From: Octopus sinensis
Taxonomy: Eukaryota
Length of the DNA: 64,000 nucleotides
NCBI RefSeq assembly: GCF_006345805.1
Contig: NC_043005.1
Coordinates: 60,202,001-60,266,000, forward strand
Direction of reading: 5' to 3'
Below the pieces are notes generated by a model that had not been told where the DNA came from, did not search any database, and was given only the letters and a program-made list of their open reading frames with translations. A program made the translations under genes and the position numbers. Shown here in pieces: positions 1-15,864 of this stretch (position 1 is the stretch's first letter; each line of letters begins with the position of its first letter).

Positions 1-249
1 TAAACATTTCATGACCCGTTAATAGAATGTCTAGTGTTGAAGTGGACGAGTTTCGACATCAAATGGAGAATCCTCTCCAACACCAGATTGAATAATAACG
101 GATCCAAACAATGTTCAGTATCTTTTCTTGGAAATGTTTTTCCAATTTGAATGAGCGTTTCTTTTGCATAATTACCAATATGTTCAATAGTAAAGTATTT
201 TCAAAACGTCAGTGAATGACAAAATGTTCATCCAGGTGTACATTATGGA

Positions 250-400
250 ACAATTGCACGCAGATCAAAATGCAAAACAACATTTCTTCCGACTCCTTTC
301 GGTCTGTGTTCAAATTCCACGAAAAAAAATCTTTGATCTTAATCCTATCGGAGACGATGAAATAAGCACCAGTAGAACCCTGTGGTCGATGTAACGAGCA
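250..400 (+). mobile_element. Decayed tRNA-derived SINE, family A (same family as 4566-4775)
   Basis: gttcaaattcc B-box-like motif followed by ...aataagcaccagtagaaccctgtggtcgatgtaacga, collinear with the better-preserved copy at 4566. Confidence 0.6.
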
Positions 401-798
401 CCTTTCTCCAAAGTTTCACTGTTTGTGTCTGTAGAGGAAAGGGTTATATTTAGCCAAGATCTAGTGGCGAGGCTGTACAATATATAACATCTCAGACCAA
501 AGTTTATGTAAGTGGCACGGCTGTTAAGTGTCACGGCTGTCATAGCACCTTGCCAGTAATATTGCTTGATTTTGGCACATACAATTTATAAGGTATTCTG
601 TTCATATATTACAGTAGTTTGTGTCTACTAATGAAAACAATATTAAAGTTAGTTGAAGTCAGAAAGCGAATGTTAAATATCTTGGGCAAAAACAACCAAG
701 TAATATCGTTAGTGGGCTATGAAGCATGAAGACTTCGACCAATAGTCATCTGCGCAGCCAAAAGATTTAAACAAATGTTGAGGCTGGAAAAGGAGAAT

Positions 799-839
<41 letters not shown>

Positions 840-1064
840 AATAGAGCAAGAGAGAGGAGAAAGAGAGAGGGAGAGCTGTGGAAGATAGGAAAGAAAAATT
901 ACAACAGCGCAGGAAGGAGCATGAAAGAGAGCAAGGAAGAATACAAGAATTAAAGAAGGGATGAAATGAAGGAGGAGAAAAGAAATGAGTTAGCTTCAAA
1001 GATTAAAAAGAACTAATGGAGTAAATGAAGCAGATATAGATATAGACAGTAAGAAAATTTATAT

Positions 1065-1065
1065 C

Positions 1066-1121
<56 letters not shown>

Positions 1122-1320
1122 GACACACATACATATATATATACATATATGTATGTATTGTTTACGTATATATATATATACCTACATATATATATACATA
1201 TATATATATAGACATATATATATATATTAATAGATATAGATACATATACATAGAAATGTATATACATAGATGTATGTGTGATACATACGTGCATTATTGT
1301 ATGTATATATGTATGCATAT
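1065..1320. repeat. (TA)n-rich compound microsatellite
   Basis: Direct inspection; source of spurious YI-repeat ORFs. Confidence 0.95.
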
Positions 1321-2329
1321 CTGTGTTTATATTAAAGTGCAGGACAACACAGCTAATTTGGATTTATAGAGCGATAAAAACCATTGAAAGGAAGTGCAAT
1401 GATGTAAATCGAGAAGGAAAATAGAGAGAGAATTGAAGGTTCTTGAGGAAGACAATTAAAATTGTGGACGGATCAGGAGGGGAAAAGTGTAAGCGAGAGA
1501 TAGACAGTGTTCACGTGTGGGAGATGAAAGAGAGTATATATAGAGAGCAAAAAGGAAAAGGTGAAATATATAGAATAAAAGAGAATTAACGTCTTGAGGA
1601 AACACTTCTGATTGAAAGCGTAAAGGGAAAGATTGTCTGGAAATGAAAATGGACAAGACAGAAAGATAATATGTATGAAAGTATTTGTGTGAGGAAAATG
1701 CGGTCAAGTAAAACAGAGAAAAATATACAAAGATCTTGAGGAAGATCACTGAAAGGCATACACGTATTGGAAATATAATGATTTTACTTGTTCATACCTT
1801 CAATCTCTCTTTAATTTCAACATAAACTCTCTCCCACAGAAATACAAGCAGTCACACCTGCAAACATGCATACATTCAGGTACACAGATGTATGCATATA
1901 CAGATATACACAATCGTAGCAGATTCACTACTCGTTCACAAATGTACTTTGGCAGACACACGCACACAGAAATGTAATCCATTACTGCTGTCATGGGTAA
2001 TCAACGCGGACAAAGGCGAGAGTCTGAGCAATTTATTGAAATAAGAATATACAGTCTAATAGAAGCAATTGTGAGTGTACATTTATGCATAAGAATGCGT
2101 TTATTCGTACATATTACGTTTACATATATATTTCTGAGAGTGTGTTGTATGCCTCGTATATGTGTGCTTTGTGCATTGTTATGGGCATGCAATCAATACA
2201 TGAGAGGGGGTGATGGGGGTCAGTTAATATTGTAGATGCGTGTTTGTTGGCGATGAGATTGAGCGGAAATAATTCTCATTTCTAGATGTATCGAAATAAA
2301 CAGAAAAATTTGTGTCTGTGTGTGCCTAG

Positions 2330-4180
<1,851 letters not shown>

Positions 4181-4565
4181 GTAAAGACATAGACAAGCGT
4201 GTATATACGTTCGGTTTGACCAGCGAGGTACTGGTGTATTTATATTCACCGTAGCCTAGAATGACGTGTGTATATACATCAGAGAGTATACGTAATCATA
4301 CCCCCTACGCATATATACATGTGTGTATGTGTATGCGCGTTTGTGTATGTGTGTGCGCGTGTATGTATGTGTGTGTGTGCATGTCTGTGTATATTGCAAG
4401 GCGTTTACATATTTCTCGTAAATTCTTTGCCGATGTATCTGGATATTGAAATTCACATAGAATCTTTTTTTATATATATAATTTTAATATTTTTTATTTA
4501 TTTCAGACCGAGTCCGCCCGACTTTCAAAAAGTACACACACATTCCCAACAATATTCTGGAAGTT

Positions 4566-4775
4566 AATGCGGCAAGCTGGCAGAAACGTTAGCATGCCGG
4601 GCGAAATGCTTAGCGTCATTTCGTCTGCCGCTACGTTCTGAGTTCAAATTCCGTCGAGGTTGACTTTGTCTTTCAACCTCTCGGGGTCTATAAATTAAGT
4701 ACCAGCTGTGTATTGAGGTCGATCTAACTGACTGTCCCCTTGCCCCACAATTTCGGGCCTTGTACCTAGAATGGA
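4566..4775 (+). mobile_element. tRNA-derived SINE, family A, near full length
   Basis: A-box-like ctggcagaaacg and B-box-like gagttcaaattcc, then gtcgaggttgactttgtctttcaacctctcggggtctataaattaagtaccag; the family recurs many times in the window. Confidence 0.85.
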
Positions 4776-5249
4776 AATGTAAATTCCGGAAGTTGATAAA
4801 TTACTCTTTTTTTTTTTAAGCATGAGGGGATGCCTACTGAACGTTAAACAACGGACGATATGTCTCAGGCTTCGCTTTTGTCGCTTAATATGCTAGATAT
4901 AATAATCACATGCCAAACGCCATTTACGTATGGCAATATGAAAGCAAACATTGAAAAATATACAAATATAGATATCATGAGGCAAGAGATTAATTTTTTT
5001 GGCCTAGTTTTGTAATCCTGTAATTCACCCCCGATTTCCAGGCTTTTAAAATAACAATATATGCTATGTTTTTATTCTTCTTGCTGTGCTTTAGTTTTTC
5101 TTGTTGGTGTACGAAGTGCATTTTTTCTGCTTTCAGAGAAATTTATGATATAAATATTACCAAATATTTCCTGATAAAAATCGTTAATGAATGGTAAATA
5201 ATGCAATACATTATATTTGCAATGAAATTATTCGAGTCATTAGCAATCT

Positions 5250-5745
5250 TAGCCCTAATTCTAAACTCTATACCCAAATATAAATCCTCATCCTATGTAA
5301 TAGGACACGCTAAACCTTAAATCCAAGCCCTAATCTTAAACCCTAAACCTAAACCTGAAGTCTAACACCAACCCATAATTTTAAACAATAATCTTATGCT
5401 ATAACTTCAAGTCGTAACCTGAAAATTAATCCTAAATTTACACATCAACACTAAAACTTAACTATTGTCTTAAGCCTTTAGCATTTAAACCGGTCATATC
5501 CAGCCCAAATATTCTTTCTGTGTTATGCTGAAACTGGCCAAACCCAGCCTCCCACATCTGCACTACAATGTTATTCTAAAGATAAACAATTACATCTTCA
5601 AAATGTTGAAGGTAATGTTTTTAAAATGCTGCTAAATAAGCATTACATTGATGAATTATTTTGAATGCTTAACCCTAACTCTAGCCTTAATCTATGAAGA
5701 CTAACAGTAATCACCAACCCTTAACCATATCTAAACCTTAATCAT
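5250..5745. repeat. Degenerate (TAACCC/TAAACC)-like low-complexity array
   Basis: Repeated ccctaa, aaccctaaacctaaacct and taaccctaact units at 5250-5460 and 5669-5745. Confidence 0.55.
5470..5672. mobile_element. Non-autonomous piggyBac-like MITE (TTAA-flanked)
   Basis: TTAA at 5470-5473 and 5669-5672; left end gcctttagcattt, right end ...gaatgc (partial inverted terminus). The body matches my recollection of a common octopus MITE. Confidence 0.55.
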
Positions 5746-5999
5746 AAGAGATTTTCCTAATAGTTTCGATTATTTACTGAAGTGGATAACGAGAATGGAT
5801 AAATCTGATGGTTTAAAATTCATTTTTTAAAATTTTAGTTTATATTTTTTTCAGAAAACGATGGGGGCTTTTGTTGTTGCGATAGGAAAATGGAAAAAAA
5901 AACCCTGTCGGATACCTGAAAAAAAATTAGCACAATGAACCTAATGAAAAATATCCTATCCCGGATCTTTTCCAATCTTATCTGTTATTTTACCAGACG

Positions 6000-6380
6000 T
6001 TTGTGAAGTGTGACTCAGAGAGATTTGATTGAAAGCGATTTCTTCTCAATGTTTTTAAATTACCACCACTAACGGCATGTTCTAGTGAATCCCAACGAAC
6101 GAAACATTGTTTTTATTACAAAGTATATTATAACATCGAAATAATTGTACGGTTTCCCAGCCGCGAAGAAGCGATGCAGGTTCTATCGAAACGATCACTG
6201 TGAACAATAAAGTTTCCCATATATTCCACTTGCCGTCTCTATTGTTTCTATTATACTCTACGTACACTGAGGAATTCCTGAGATAGGATCCAGCGACGAT
6301 TGTGCAATTACCGTGGATGACACCAGGTAGCCATAAGCAGTAAATGTGCTTCATCGGCACACTACGAGAGACATATCCAA
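6000..6380 (+). mobile_element. Possible highly decayed Gypsy integrase remnant
   Basis: Stop-interrupted translation IILYVH*GIPEIGSSDD resembles the integrase core motif IFARHGIPE.I.SDNG. Confidence 0.3.
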
Positions 6381-6404
6381 CACATAAATTTTAGATTTTA
6401 ACTG

Positions 6405-6440
<36 letters not shown>

Positions 6441-6829
6441 ATTTGTAGCTAATAATTCAGGAGTAAATATTTACGAAGATATTATTGGTTCTCTTATTGT
6501 CCAATATAACAATTACAATGATAATAACAGAATCAATAATATAGGGAATTGTGAGCCCCAAAAAGCATTAAATAGCTGAAGGTTTAAAATTAATCAAAGG
6601 GCATACTAAGAATGTCTACCTACTAGAAATAACAGTCAAAACTCAAAATTAAATGAGTGCACAATTATCTCCCCTATCAATTTATCGTTTTCAACTGTCA
6701 GTTTGATGAGCAATCCGAAACAGGTCCTTCAATTATGTTGAAAGAATAAAACCTTATATCTTTATTATCATGCCAATAATATACTATTGAATCCTCTAAA
6801 ACAAATCTTCTGGGACTTTTCATGTTCCC

Positions 6830-6903
<74 letters not shown>

Positions 6904-7704
6904 CACATGATAATTTCACATGAAAAGATCGAAGGTTTAAAATATGTCAGTCAATATAAATTCTAAAAGTAGTATGCTACGTAATTTTGGACTCAGCGGG
7001 TTTCATCTGTATTTCCCGTTTACTCCAAATCGTCATCTGCGATTTTTGAACTGAGTAACGAATATCAATTAAACCTAGCAAGCGTTACACAATTAAATCT
7101 AATGTGATCAACTACCATTGTTCCTCATATCCATTCTAACAAAACGGATCTAAGCAAATAATTGGCGCAATATATATCTGTCTGTCTTTTTTAGTGAGTC
7201 TCTAAATATATTACCCAATTCGCCCGCCATTTCTAGCAAGCAAAGAAACCACGTGTTTTGTTAATTCGAATATTTTACAAATATATGAAGGGGAAAAAAT
7301 CCGTAGCATATTTAAAAATATATCTTCAATAATCAAGCATTTTCCATGAGCTAAAAAGATAAATACATCCTGTTGTAAAGTGAAGAAATGGCTACTCTTG
7401 GAAAATCCGTTTTCAGCGACAAGTAAAGCCTTCCCTTTTTTACAATTAACTCAGGTTGCATGTTATCGATCTATCCATGTACATAATTATATATCACACA
7501 ATACTATATCACATAGAGATACTTAAAAAACGAAATGAGTATTTTCGTTTCTCGCGGTGCAATTGTTTAATTATCAATAAAATACATAAAATAAACAGTC
7601 ATATTATACACTCGTTTTATGATCCGAATAATTGGATACCAATGTAGAAACAGATAAGTGCTCATTAAACGTTACGCTCTACCTTTGCGATTATCGAACT
7701 TACT

Positions 7705-7922
<218 letters not shown>

Positions 7923-8775
7923 GCAGAAAGATAAATGCCATGTGAGTCCGTGATATTTCTATATAGTAATTAGCAAATCGATATATAATTGCAAGTTTCA
8001 TCTAACTATGTATTTATTTATTTGTATGTGTGTATATATATATGCCTAATGTTATGAGGAATCTTTGTTTTGTATTATCAATGAGTGATATCAAATGACC
8101 TTCCAAGTTATATCGGGTTTTGCTTGTTTTGCATAGTAAAATAGATGTAATTTCTGGTAAAGCTATTATGGGGAGTATTTAAATATCCATTATTTGAAGC
8201 AAATATCTTTTTATAAGTCTATTAAATGTTTTTGCCAAGGGTCACTCTTACGAATCAAATTAGTGTATATATTGCCAATTCTGAACTCCCACGCAATGTG
8301 AATGAAAAGTATAGATTGGGTTTATATAGCCGCGTTGAATCCTGAATGTATCCATGATTTTATAAAATTATATGAACTGATGGATTAGTTTTCACTACCA
8401 TACATCGTACGTAATGCACAACTGTTTTAGATAATTGCAAATTAGCATATTCATGTAAACTTTATATATGAATTTGAAATACATTGAACACATTATGAAA
8501 CGGCTGTATAAATCTATCCATCCTATTTATCACCTCCGTTCAAAATTGTGGGAGTAGAGTCTTCATGAGCCCTTTGTATAGAAGCCTATGAGAAACAATT
8601 CTCTTTACACATTCCTACTGAAATGTGAAGCGTCACCAGCTGGGACAATGGATGTTATACAACCATCTTCTACTCAAGCAATATACTGTATTCTTATACA
8701 TAACTGGTACTCAGTCGTGTACTGCGATACGGGTTCCACTTGATTCGATCCATTACATGAAATTAACCTGCATGT

Positions 8776-9010
8776 GGTTGAGCGCTCCACAGACAAGCGT
8801 ACACTTAACCTAATTCTGAAGATCTGTCGTAAAACAGAATATAAGCCTGTTCCTTTAAAATTCAGGTACTACTCATTATTGTCTGCTGACTGAATGCAGC
8901 AACGTAAAATAAAGTATCTTGCTGAAGGACACAACGTGCCGTTGGGAATCGAATTCACGACGTTAGGATCGTGGGCTGATACGCCGGACCGTTAAACCAC
9001 ATGCTTTCGC
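8776..9010 (-). mobile_element. tRNA-derived SINE, family B, decayed
   Basis: The reverse strand gives a tRNA-like head (...gtgaattcgattccc...) and gttgtgtccttcagcaagatactttattttacgttgctgc, the same core as 44308-44644. Confidence 0.75.
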
Positions 9011-9029
9011 ATTCTCATACAAATGCATT

Positions 9030-9400
9030 TATTATCACTTATGTTGCAAATGAACATATCTAAGAGGGAGAGAGAGGAGGAGATTCCTAAGCATGCAAAC
9101 TTTTCTCACTTTACAAAATATCTTATGTCTACAACTATTAAGTAAGTCTTCATGGTGTCCAATTGCCAAGCCACAATATGCAAATAAAGAAATCTTACTC
9201 AGGATGCTGCGGTATTCCGAAATTCTGTGACCATGAAATATCGCCACTTCCATAGTTGCAGTCACATTGAAATTGATAGTCAACGCAGAAGCAGTCATGG
9301 TCTTCTGCTTCCTACTACTCCTCATGACTGCGTCCCATTTTGAAGTGTACAGGGCCTTTATTTCTTACTCAAAGCTGACACTGCTTAGAAGACAAAGAGT
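9030..9400 (-). mobile_element. Possible decayed Gypsy integrase remnant
   Basis: Frameshifted minus-strand translation DCFCVDYQ...IPQHPE*DFF / YLIVVD / ISDN follows the order of the integrase zinc-binding region and the first two catalytic Asp motifs. Confidence 0.4.
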
Positions 9401-10289
9401 GGAACCGTCATATTTTCAGGCGCTCAGATGGTGTACTAAAGGCATGAACAGTGGTGATCCACCGAACCCATACATATCCTCTGTTGAGGTGCCGCATGAT
9501 TTAAAACGTTTTCATTGTTCCTTGGATAACAAGCACGTTAACTTTAGACTTCTGCATTTTCCTCTTTATTTTAATGTTATTGCTTATTTGTAGTTACAGT
9601 ATCAATGTCTAAATTAAGGAAAAAACGATAACGTACACATCTTATACATACATGGCAATATCTGTTTGTAGATCTGTCTGTTACCATCATGATGCCTATA
9701 CCACTGAACCAATATTGACGAAAATTTGCAGAGATGTTAAACTAACATCCAGTTCAAATATAGGATAACTACATTTCAATAATATTCTTTAATGAGCTCT
9801 TATGTGGGGTTGGGCTATCATATGATCAAATGAGAAGGGTGCAAAGAATGTTAGTGCAAAAGAAATGTAATAGCTGAGTGAGTGTGAATGATATCAGAGA
9901 AGGGGAGATCAACGTTGTGTAAGTGACAAATATTGAGTTGCAATGAGATTCTAACGTTAATACAGCAGTCGTATACACCTGATACCACATACAAGCTTTC
10001 GTAAATACATAATGACATGCATACACACATGTACATAAGTAACATTTGTAACGCAGAGGAAAGGAATAAAAGTGTGTGTACCTTTAAGGAGACGGAGATA
10101 GGTGGCTTTTCTGCTATCCATCGCGAAGAAACACTCACATACACACACAAACACACACATATATATATATATATAAATGTTCGTACATACTACGCACCAT
10201 TTGAAACTCGTGATCACCTGTGTTTGGTTTCCAAATATGTTTTTGTTTGTGTGCTGTGTGTGTGTGTGTGTGTGTGTTTGTATGTGTGT

Positions 10290-10324
<35 letters not shown>

Positions 10325-10929
10325 TGTGTGTGTGTGTGTGTTTGTGGCGTCCTACAACTATCTGCCTCTCTGCTTTTGTAGGCCTTCCCTGTTACTGTCA
10401 CATATTTTGAAATTTTAAAATACATCAAAAGTTTCAAATTTCGTATATTGAAATAATTTTCAACGTTAAACCAATTTTGGTATTTATTATTTACAAAAAA
10501 GATTGCAGGAATGTGTTAGAGAGGTTTAAAGTTTAATCAATTTTACCTAATCAGAAAACGGGATTTGGATGCTCGAATTTTCTGCATGATAGCTGTCTAT
10601 CATAAGATAAAAACAAACATTACGAGGAGGAATGTTTTTTTATTAAACAAAAGAAAGCAAAGCATCACGACAACCAAAGTTATAAGTACTTCTGAAATTT
10701 TAATAAGTTTTAATGGATAAAGTATTGTGAAACGGTCGAACATACATGTATACAACTCAAAAAGAAAAACAATATCCTCAACGAAGCCTTTTGCGAAAAA
10801 TTGCATGAATCTGTCCTAAACAAGAGACATATCAGTCGGGAAAGGCATGGTCTGACAGGGAATAAACAAGCATTTATAGAAGACATACTACTGTAAAAAT
10901 TGTACGGCAATGATGGTCTATTCAGTTAA

Positions 10930-10957
10930 CACATACATACATAGATACATAGATACA

Positions 10958-10989
<32 letters not shown>

Positions 10990-11017
10990 GACATACATAC
11001 ATACATACATACATACA

Positions 11018-11048
<31 letters not shown>

Positions 11049-11120
11049 GTGTGTGTGTGCGTGCGTGTGTGCGTGTGTGTGTATGTGTGTGTGCATGTGT
11101 ACGCGTATGTGTGCGTGTCT
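10930..11120. repeat. (ACAT)n then (GT)n microsatellite
   Basis: Direct inspection. Confidence 0.95.
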
Positions 11121-11957
11121 GCGTATGGAGAGGCGTGTGATTAAATGGATGTAGTAGTGTTTGATTGAATGTCTTAAGATCTTAAAATCTTTCAGACTGG
11201 AACTGAACAACATTTTGCGCAATAGAAATAGATGTCTATTACTCTTGTAGACATTCAATCCACCTACTCATAAGTAATGTGTTTTCACTAAAATCGCCTG
11301 TGGTTTTTTCCTTGATTCAGTTCCTTTTTTTTTTACGAATATATTTAACTTTCCATTCATCGAATACACTTACTATTAACAATATATATATATATATATA
11401 TATATTACGCACTTCATTCGACTCATATATTATTGGATCGGTGTGTGCGAGATAATAACAAGGAAAGAATACAGGATAAAAAGAGTTTTTGTAATATTTA
11501 ATTGCATTTCTGTATGACGCCATTAGAAAAACATGTATAACTCTGTTTCCCTGTAAATGAGTGAATATGTGTGCACAGGATTTATTTTGCTACTTACGCA
11601 TGGAAAAACTAGTGATAGATATTTTTTATTCAGTGAGAAATTAAAAAAGATACAAAAAAGTGTTTGTAAATCTTTATTCGTATAGTTAAATAAAAATAGT
11701 AGAATTATTCATATGCTTCAATTAAAGAAATGTGTTTCAGATTTTATGTTCTGTTCCTTCTTTAATTGTTTCTACATTTGTTACTTGGTTTATTTTGTGC
11801 ATTTTCATTTCGAATTCAAATTGCTATTTTTCAGTTCTGATTCATCCTATAGAGAATCACTACACCAAATATGATTTAGTAAACATTCTGGTAAACTCAT
11901 TTCATCAGTTGTGTGACAACAAAAATATATATTAAAAAATTGTTATTCTTTCAAATT

Positions 11958-12148
11958 TTGGTACAAGACCAGCTATTTGAGAGGAAATGTCTAGCAGATT
12001 ACATCGACCCTCGATCTACTTGATCTCGAAAAGACAAAGGGCAGATGCGGTTATGGTAGAATTTAAATTTTGAAGGAAGGAAAAGACCCGGAAGATATCC
12101 CGTTATGTGTTCTGATCGACGCGCTAACGATCCACCTACGTCGTCGCT

Positions 12149-12150
<2 letters not shown>
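11958..12150 (-). mobile_element. tRNA-derived SINE, family A, decayed; head abuts an (AAT)n array
   Basis: gattacatcgaccc...gcgctaacgatccacctacgtcgtcgctt is the reverse complement of the family A layout; (AAT)n at 12150-12183. Confidence 0.7.
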
Positions 12151-12184
<34 letters not shown>

Positions 12185-12199
12185 TCACTGATATCAGAA

Positions 12200-15100
12200 A
12201 TGATAAAAATAATAATAATGAAAGGAAGCAGGTCAATTAATGATTATTGATACGGCTAGTGATGGTATCGTAATAAAAACACTGATAATTGCGCAACCTC
12301 ATATGACTGACAAAGAAAAAACAAAATATTGTGAATAACGGTGGTAGTGAAACTGCAGCAACTGATGGTGACAGTGTTGCACTCGGCAAGCTCAGAGATT
12401 CTGGTCCGGCTCCAGCTTGTCGACATCCAGAAAGGTTCCACCACACATGGCGTAGATGGAGCAAGCAAATTAATGCTATGGTCATGGTGTGTTACTTCCT
12501 GAGCAACTCGGTCGATGAAAATGGGGCTCAAATCAGGGGTTACCGACAACGTATGTATGATCATTGGAGAGAAAAAGGATTGTTTCAACTCACGGAACAG
12601 CGGTCAAGCTAGAACAATAAGAAAAAATCGTTGGTTCGTTGAAGTTGGGCTCGAATCTATCAGAAGACGGGTCTTGGAAAATAGCAGCAGAGATAAGTAT
12701 GAAAATGCAGTTCCTACTAATAGAAGTAATCTCATAGCACAAGAAAGGATCAGTGGTAGAGACACATAGATGATCTAAAAGAAGACAATAAAACTAATGG
12801 CGACATGACAGATGAAGAAAATGGAATCTACGAAAGAAAAGACGCAAGACTACAGGAGAATGATAGGGACATTATTTGTAACCTTTAAAAGGTTCATAGT
12901 TGGAAATTGAGCCAAGAAACGAGAAATGACAATGACATTCTGAAATACATCAGAACAAGCAACATCACAGAAACAAATAATTTGATCAAGGCAGCAAGTA
13001 TAGTTGTAGCGAAAACGTGGGTGCTGATGTTAAGAGAAAGAAATATAACGGGAGTGAAACAAAAAAGATCCATGGTGGAAAAGAATACAGGATATTTCTG
13101 TGTTAGACTGAAAATAGAAAGGGAAGCTTAGAAGCGACAAAAATACAGGGCGCCAGAAAGGAAGTATAATATTGAAAGTGAGGGTCTAAAAGTGATAATG
13201 GCGGAACTGAAACAGCGCCTCGTTGCAAAGAAAGCAAAGATGTTAAGATACGACCAAAGAATGAAGGATTACCACCAGAATAGGTTATTCAGAATAGATC
13301 AGAAGAGATTCTATAAAGAAATAAATGGAGAGCATACAGATTAAAAGATGACGCCAGAGAACAATGAAAGTCACAGCATTTGGAGTGACATCTGGGCCAA
13401 GACAAGGAGCAATAAAAGGATGGTGAATGATTGTAAGTATTGAGACAAATAGTAGTCTGCCCCAAACAGGCAGAACTAGTCATTTCAGTTAGGGACGTGA
13501 AGGAAATCAGCAAGAAAATGTGCAACTGGAAGTTCCCGGGATCATACGTTGTTCAAGGCTTCTGGATTAAAAAATTTGGTAAATTTCATGCTCGAATAGT
13601 TACGCAACTCAACACCTAGTTAAACTCCGACCAAGTAAAACCAGAGTGCTTGACATTGGGTAGTACAGTGCTTCACTTAAAAAACATCGAAGAAGTCAAT
13701 ACAGTAGACAATTACAGTCGTTTATCCTGTTTGCGAATTACGTGGAAATTATTGTCAGGTATACTCGCTGAGTCAATGTACGAACATCTGGTAAAAAATG
13801 GAGTCCTGCCACACGAGGAGAAGGGTTGCAAGCGTAAGTACAGCGGTACCAAGGACCAACTCCTGATAGACACAACTGTTCTTAGAGAGGAGGAAAATTA
13901 ACTTAGCCATATCATGGATCGACTATCGTAAGGCGTACGATATGATCCCACACTCTTGGATTATGAAATGTACGAACCTATTTGGTATTTCATCGAATGT
14001 TGAAGGATTGCTTGGAAAAAAGTATGACGAATTGGAGGACGGACCCGACAGCACACGGTAGAAGTTTAGGCACAGTAGAAATCAGGAGGGCATCATCCAA
14101 GTGTACTGCCTGACCCCACTGATCGTTGTACTGTGCTTGATGCCACTAACACTGATTCTGAGGAAAGCAAAAGCTGGGTATGAATTCAAAAGCCGCCAAC
14201 AAAAAGGCAACCATTTGTTATTCAAACTTTATGGTAAAGATGAAGCCCAAGTTCCCTTGTTGATACGGTGTATACTTTTAGTGCTGATATCAGAATGGAG
14301 TTCGGACTGAGAAATTGTGGTGTTAGTCTTGAAGAGATGCAAAATCAAATGTATGGACGGACTATAGGTACCGTCGGGGGAGGTTATGAAGCAGATAGAA
14401 GAGACGAGCTATAAGTACTTGTGGATTTTGGAAATGGATAAATTGATGGAGAAAGAAATGATAGAGACTTTTAAGGTGGAGTACTTGCGCAGACAGAGAC
14501 TGATCCTTAAGTCGAAATTAAACGGACGACGGAATAAGATTGAAGCTATCAAGTCCTAGGTGGTTACACTCCTTAGATATGGGGCAGGTGTAATCGCATA
14601 GACTGTAGGCGAACTAAGCAACTTAGATAGAAAGACGAGGAAGTTGCTAACAAGATATGGGACACTCCATCCAAAACGTGACACAGAGAGACTTTATGTA
14701 CCAAGAAAAAGAGGGGAAGAGGACTTATTGGATGCGGACACAGTATTAGAACAGAAGAAAACAACATAGCATGGTATATAAAAATGCCTCAGAACCGCTA
14801 TTATTAGAATTAAGAAGGTTAGGCTTGTGTAGAATGAAAGATTGCACTGTACAAGCAATTTAAAACGAATGAAGCTGAAAATAGTTGGGTAAAGAAACGA
14901 ATACATGCACACTTACAAAAGAGTGTTGAAAATAAGACAAACAGCGAACAAAATGGTTGTGGAAGACTAAACGTGATTTAAAACCGGAAACGGAGGCTCT
15001 AATCTGTGCTACACAAGAGCAAGGACTAAGAACAAACTACATAAAATACATATAGACAACACATCAGAAAGTGGTAAGTGCAGAATCTGTGGACAAAATG

Positions 15101-15690
15101 GTGAAACCGTATTACCAGCCAGTGTATGCCACTAGCCCAGAAGGAACATAAGAGTCGCCACGACAATATAGGAAGGCTTGCTCATTGGACACTTTGCAAC
15201 AAGCATAGACTTGACAGAGCAAAACATTGGCACGACCACAAACCCAAAGGATCATCGAAAATGATAATGCAAAGATACTGTGGGATTTTATGATTCAGTG
15301 CGACTATGAGATAGAGAATAGGAAGCCAGATAGTCTTAATTGAGAAAGAAAGCAAACTATACTGGATCATAGATGTGGCATGCCCAGCTGACAACACGGT
15401 ATGCAATAAGGAAGAATGAAAAGTCGAGAGATATGACAGGTTATTTTGGGAGGCTAAGCAGTTGTGATCTATGAAAAAGGTGGTCGGATCCGGGGGAACA
15501 GTGAGTAAGATTATTGAGAATTACATGGAACAAATAAGGGCTGCAATAAGTGTGGATAGCTTGCAGAAAACAGCACTGCTTGGAACCGCTCGAATACTCC
15601 TGATGGTGCTCGAAAAGCAAGAGGTGTTACCTTAGTTTACTGGTAGTGAACAGCTGACAGCGTAGTACATTTCCAGCGTCAGAAGGTGTG
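12200..15690 (+). mobile_element. Near full-length decayed R4/Dong-clade non-LTR retrotransposon (RT plus restriction-like endonuclease)
   Basis: N-terminal GYRQRMYDHWREKGLFQLTEQR; RT motifs KGCKRKYSGTKDQLLID and IDYRKAYDMIPHSWI; C-terminal CRICGQNGETV knuckle remnant, KILWDF, KPD...IIDVACP endonuclease motif and LQKTALLGTARIL terminus. Many stops and frameshifts. Confidence 0.92.
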
Positions 15691-15697
15691 CCGAGGC

Positions 15698-15741
<44 letters not shown>

Positions 15742-15802
15742 CAGTAGTAGTAGCAGTAGTAGTAGCAGCAGTAGCAGCAGCAGCAGCAGCGGCAGCAGCA
15801 AC

Positions 15803-15843
<41 letters not shown>

Positions 15844-15860
15844 CAACAACAACAGTAACA
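15688..15860. repeat. Compound (AGT)n/(AGC)n/(AAC)n microsatellite
   Basis: Direct inspection; source of the poly-S/L/T ORFs. Confidence 0.97.
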
Positions 15861-15864
15861 ATTT

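Noticed and set aside
9190-9390. Minus-strand exon ending at a strong GA/gtaaga donor; plus-strand ORF 9267-9593 with a signal-peptide-like stretch
   Set aside because: All frames are closed after the best acceptor, no protein is recognised, and the segment is better explained as a decayed integrase.
15688-15860. Idea that the (AGT)n tail is an A-to-I edited (AAT)n tail of the Dong element
   Set aside because: The array is also at the 3' end of the convergent Tx1-like element, and slippage of a single substitution explains it without editing.
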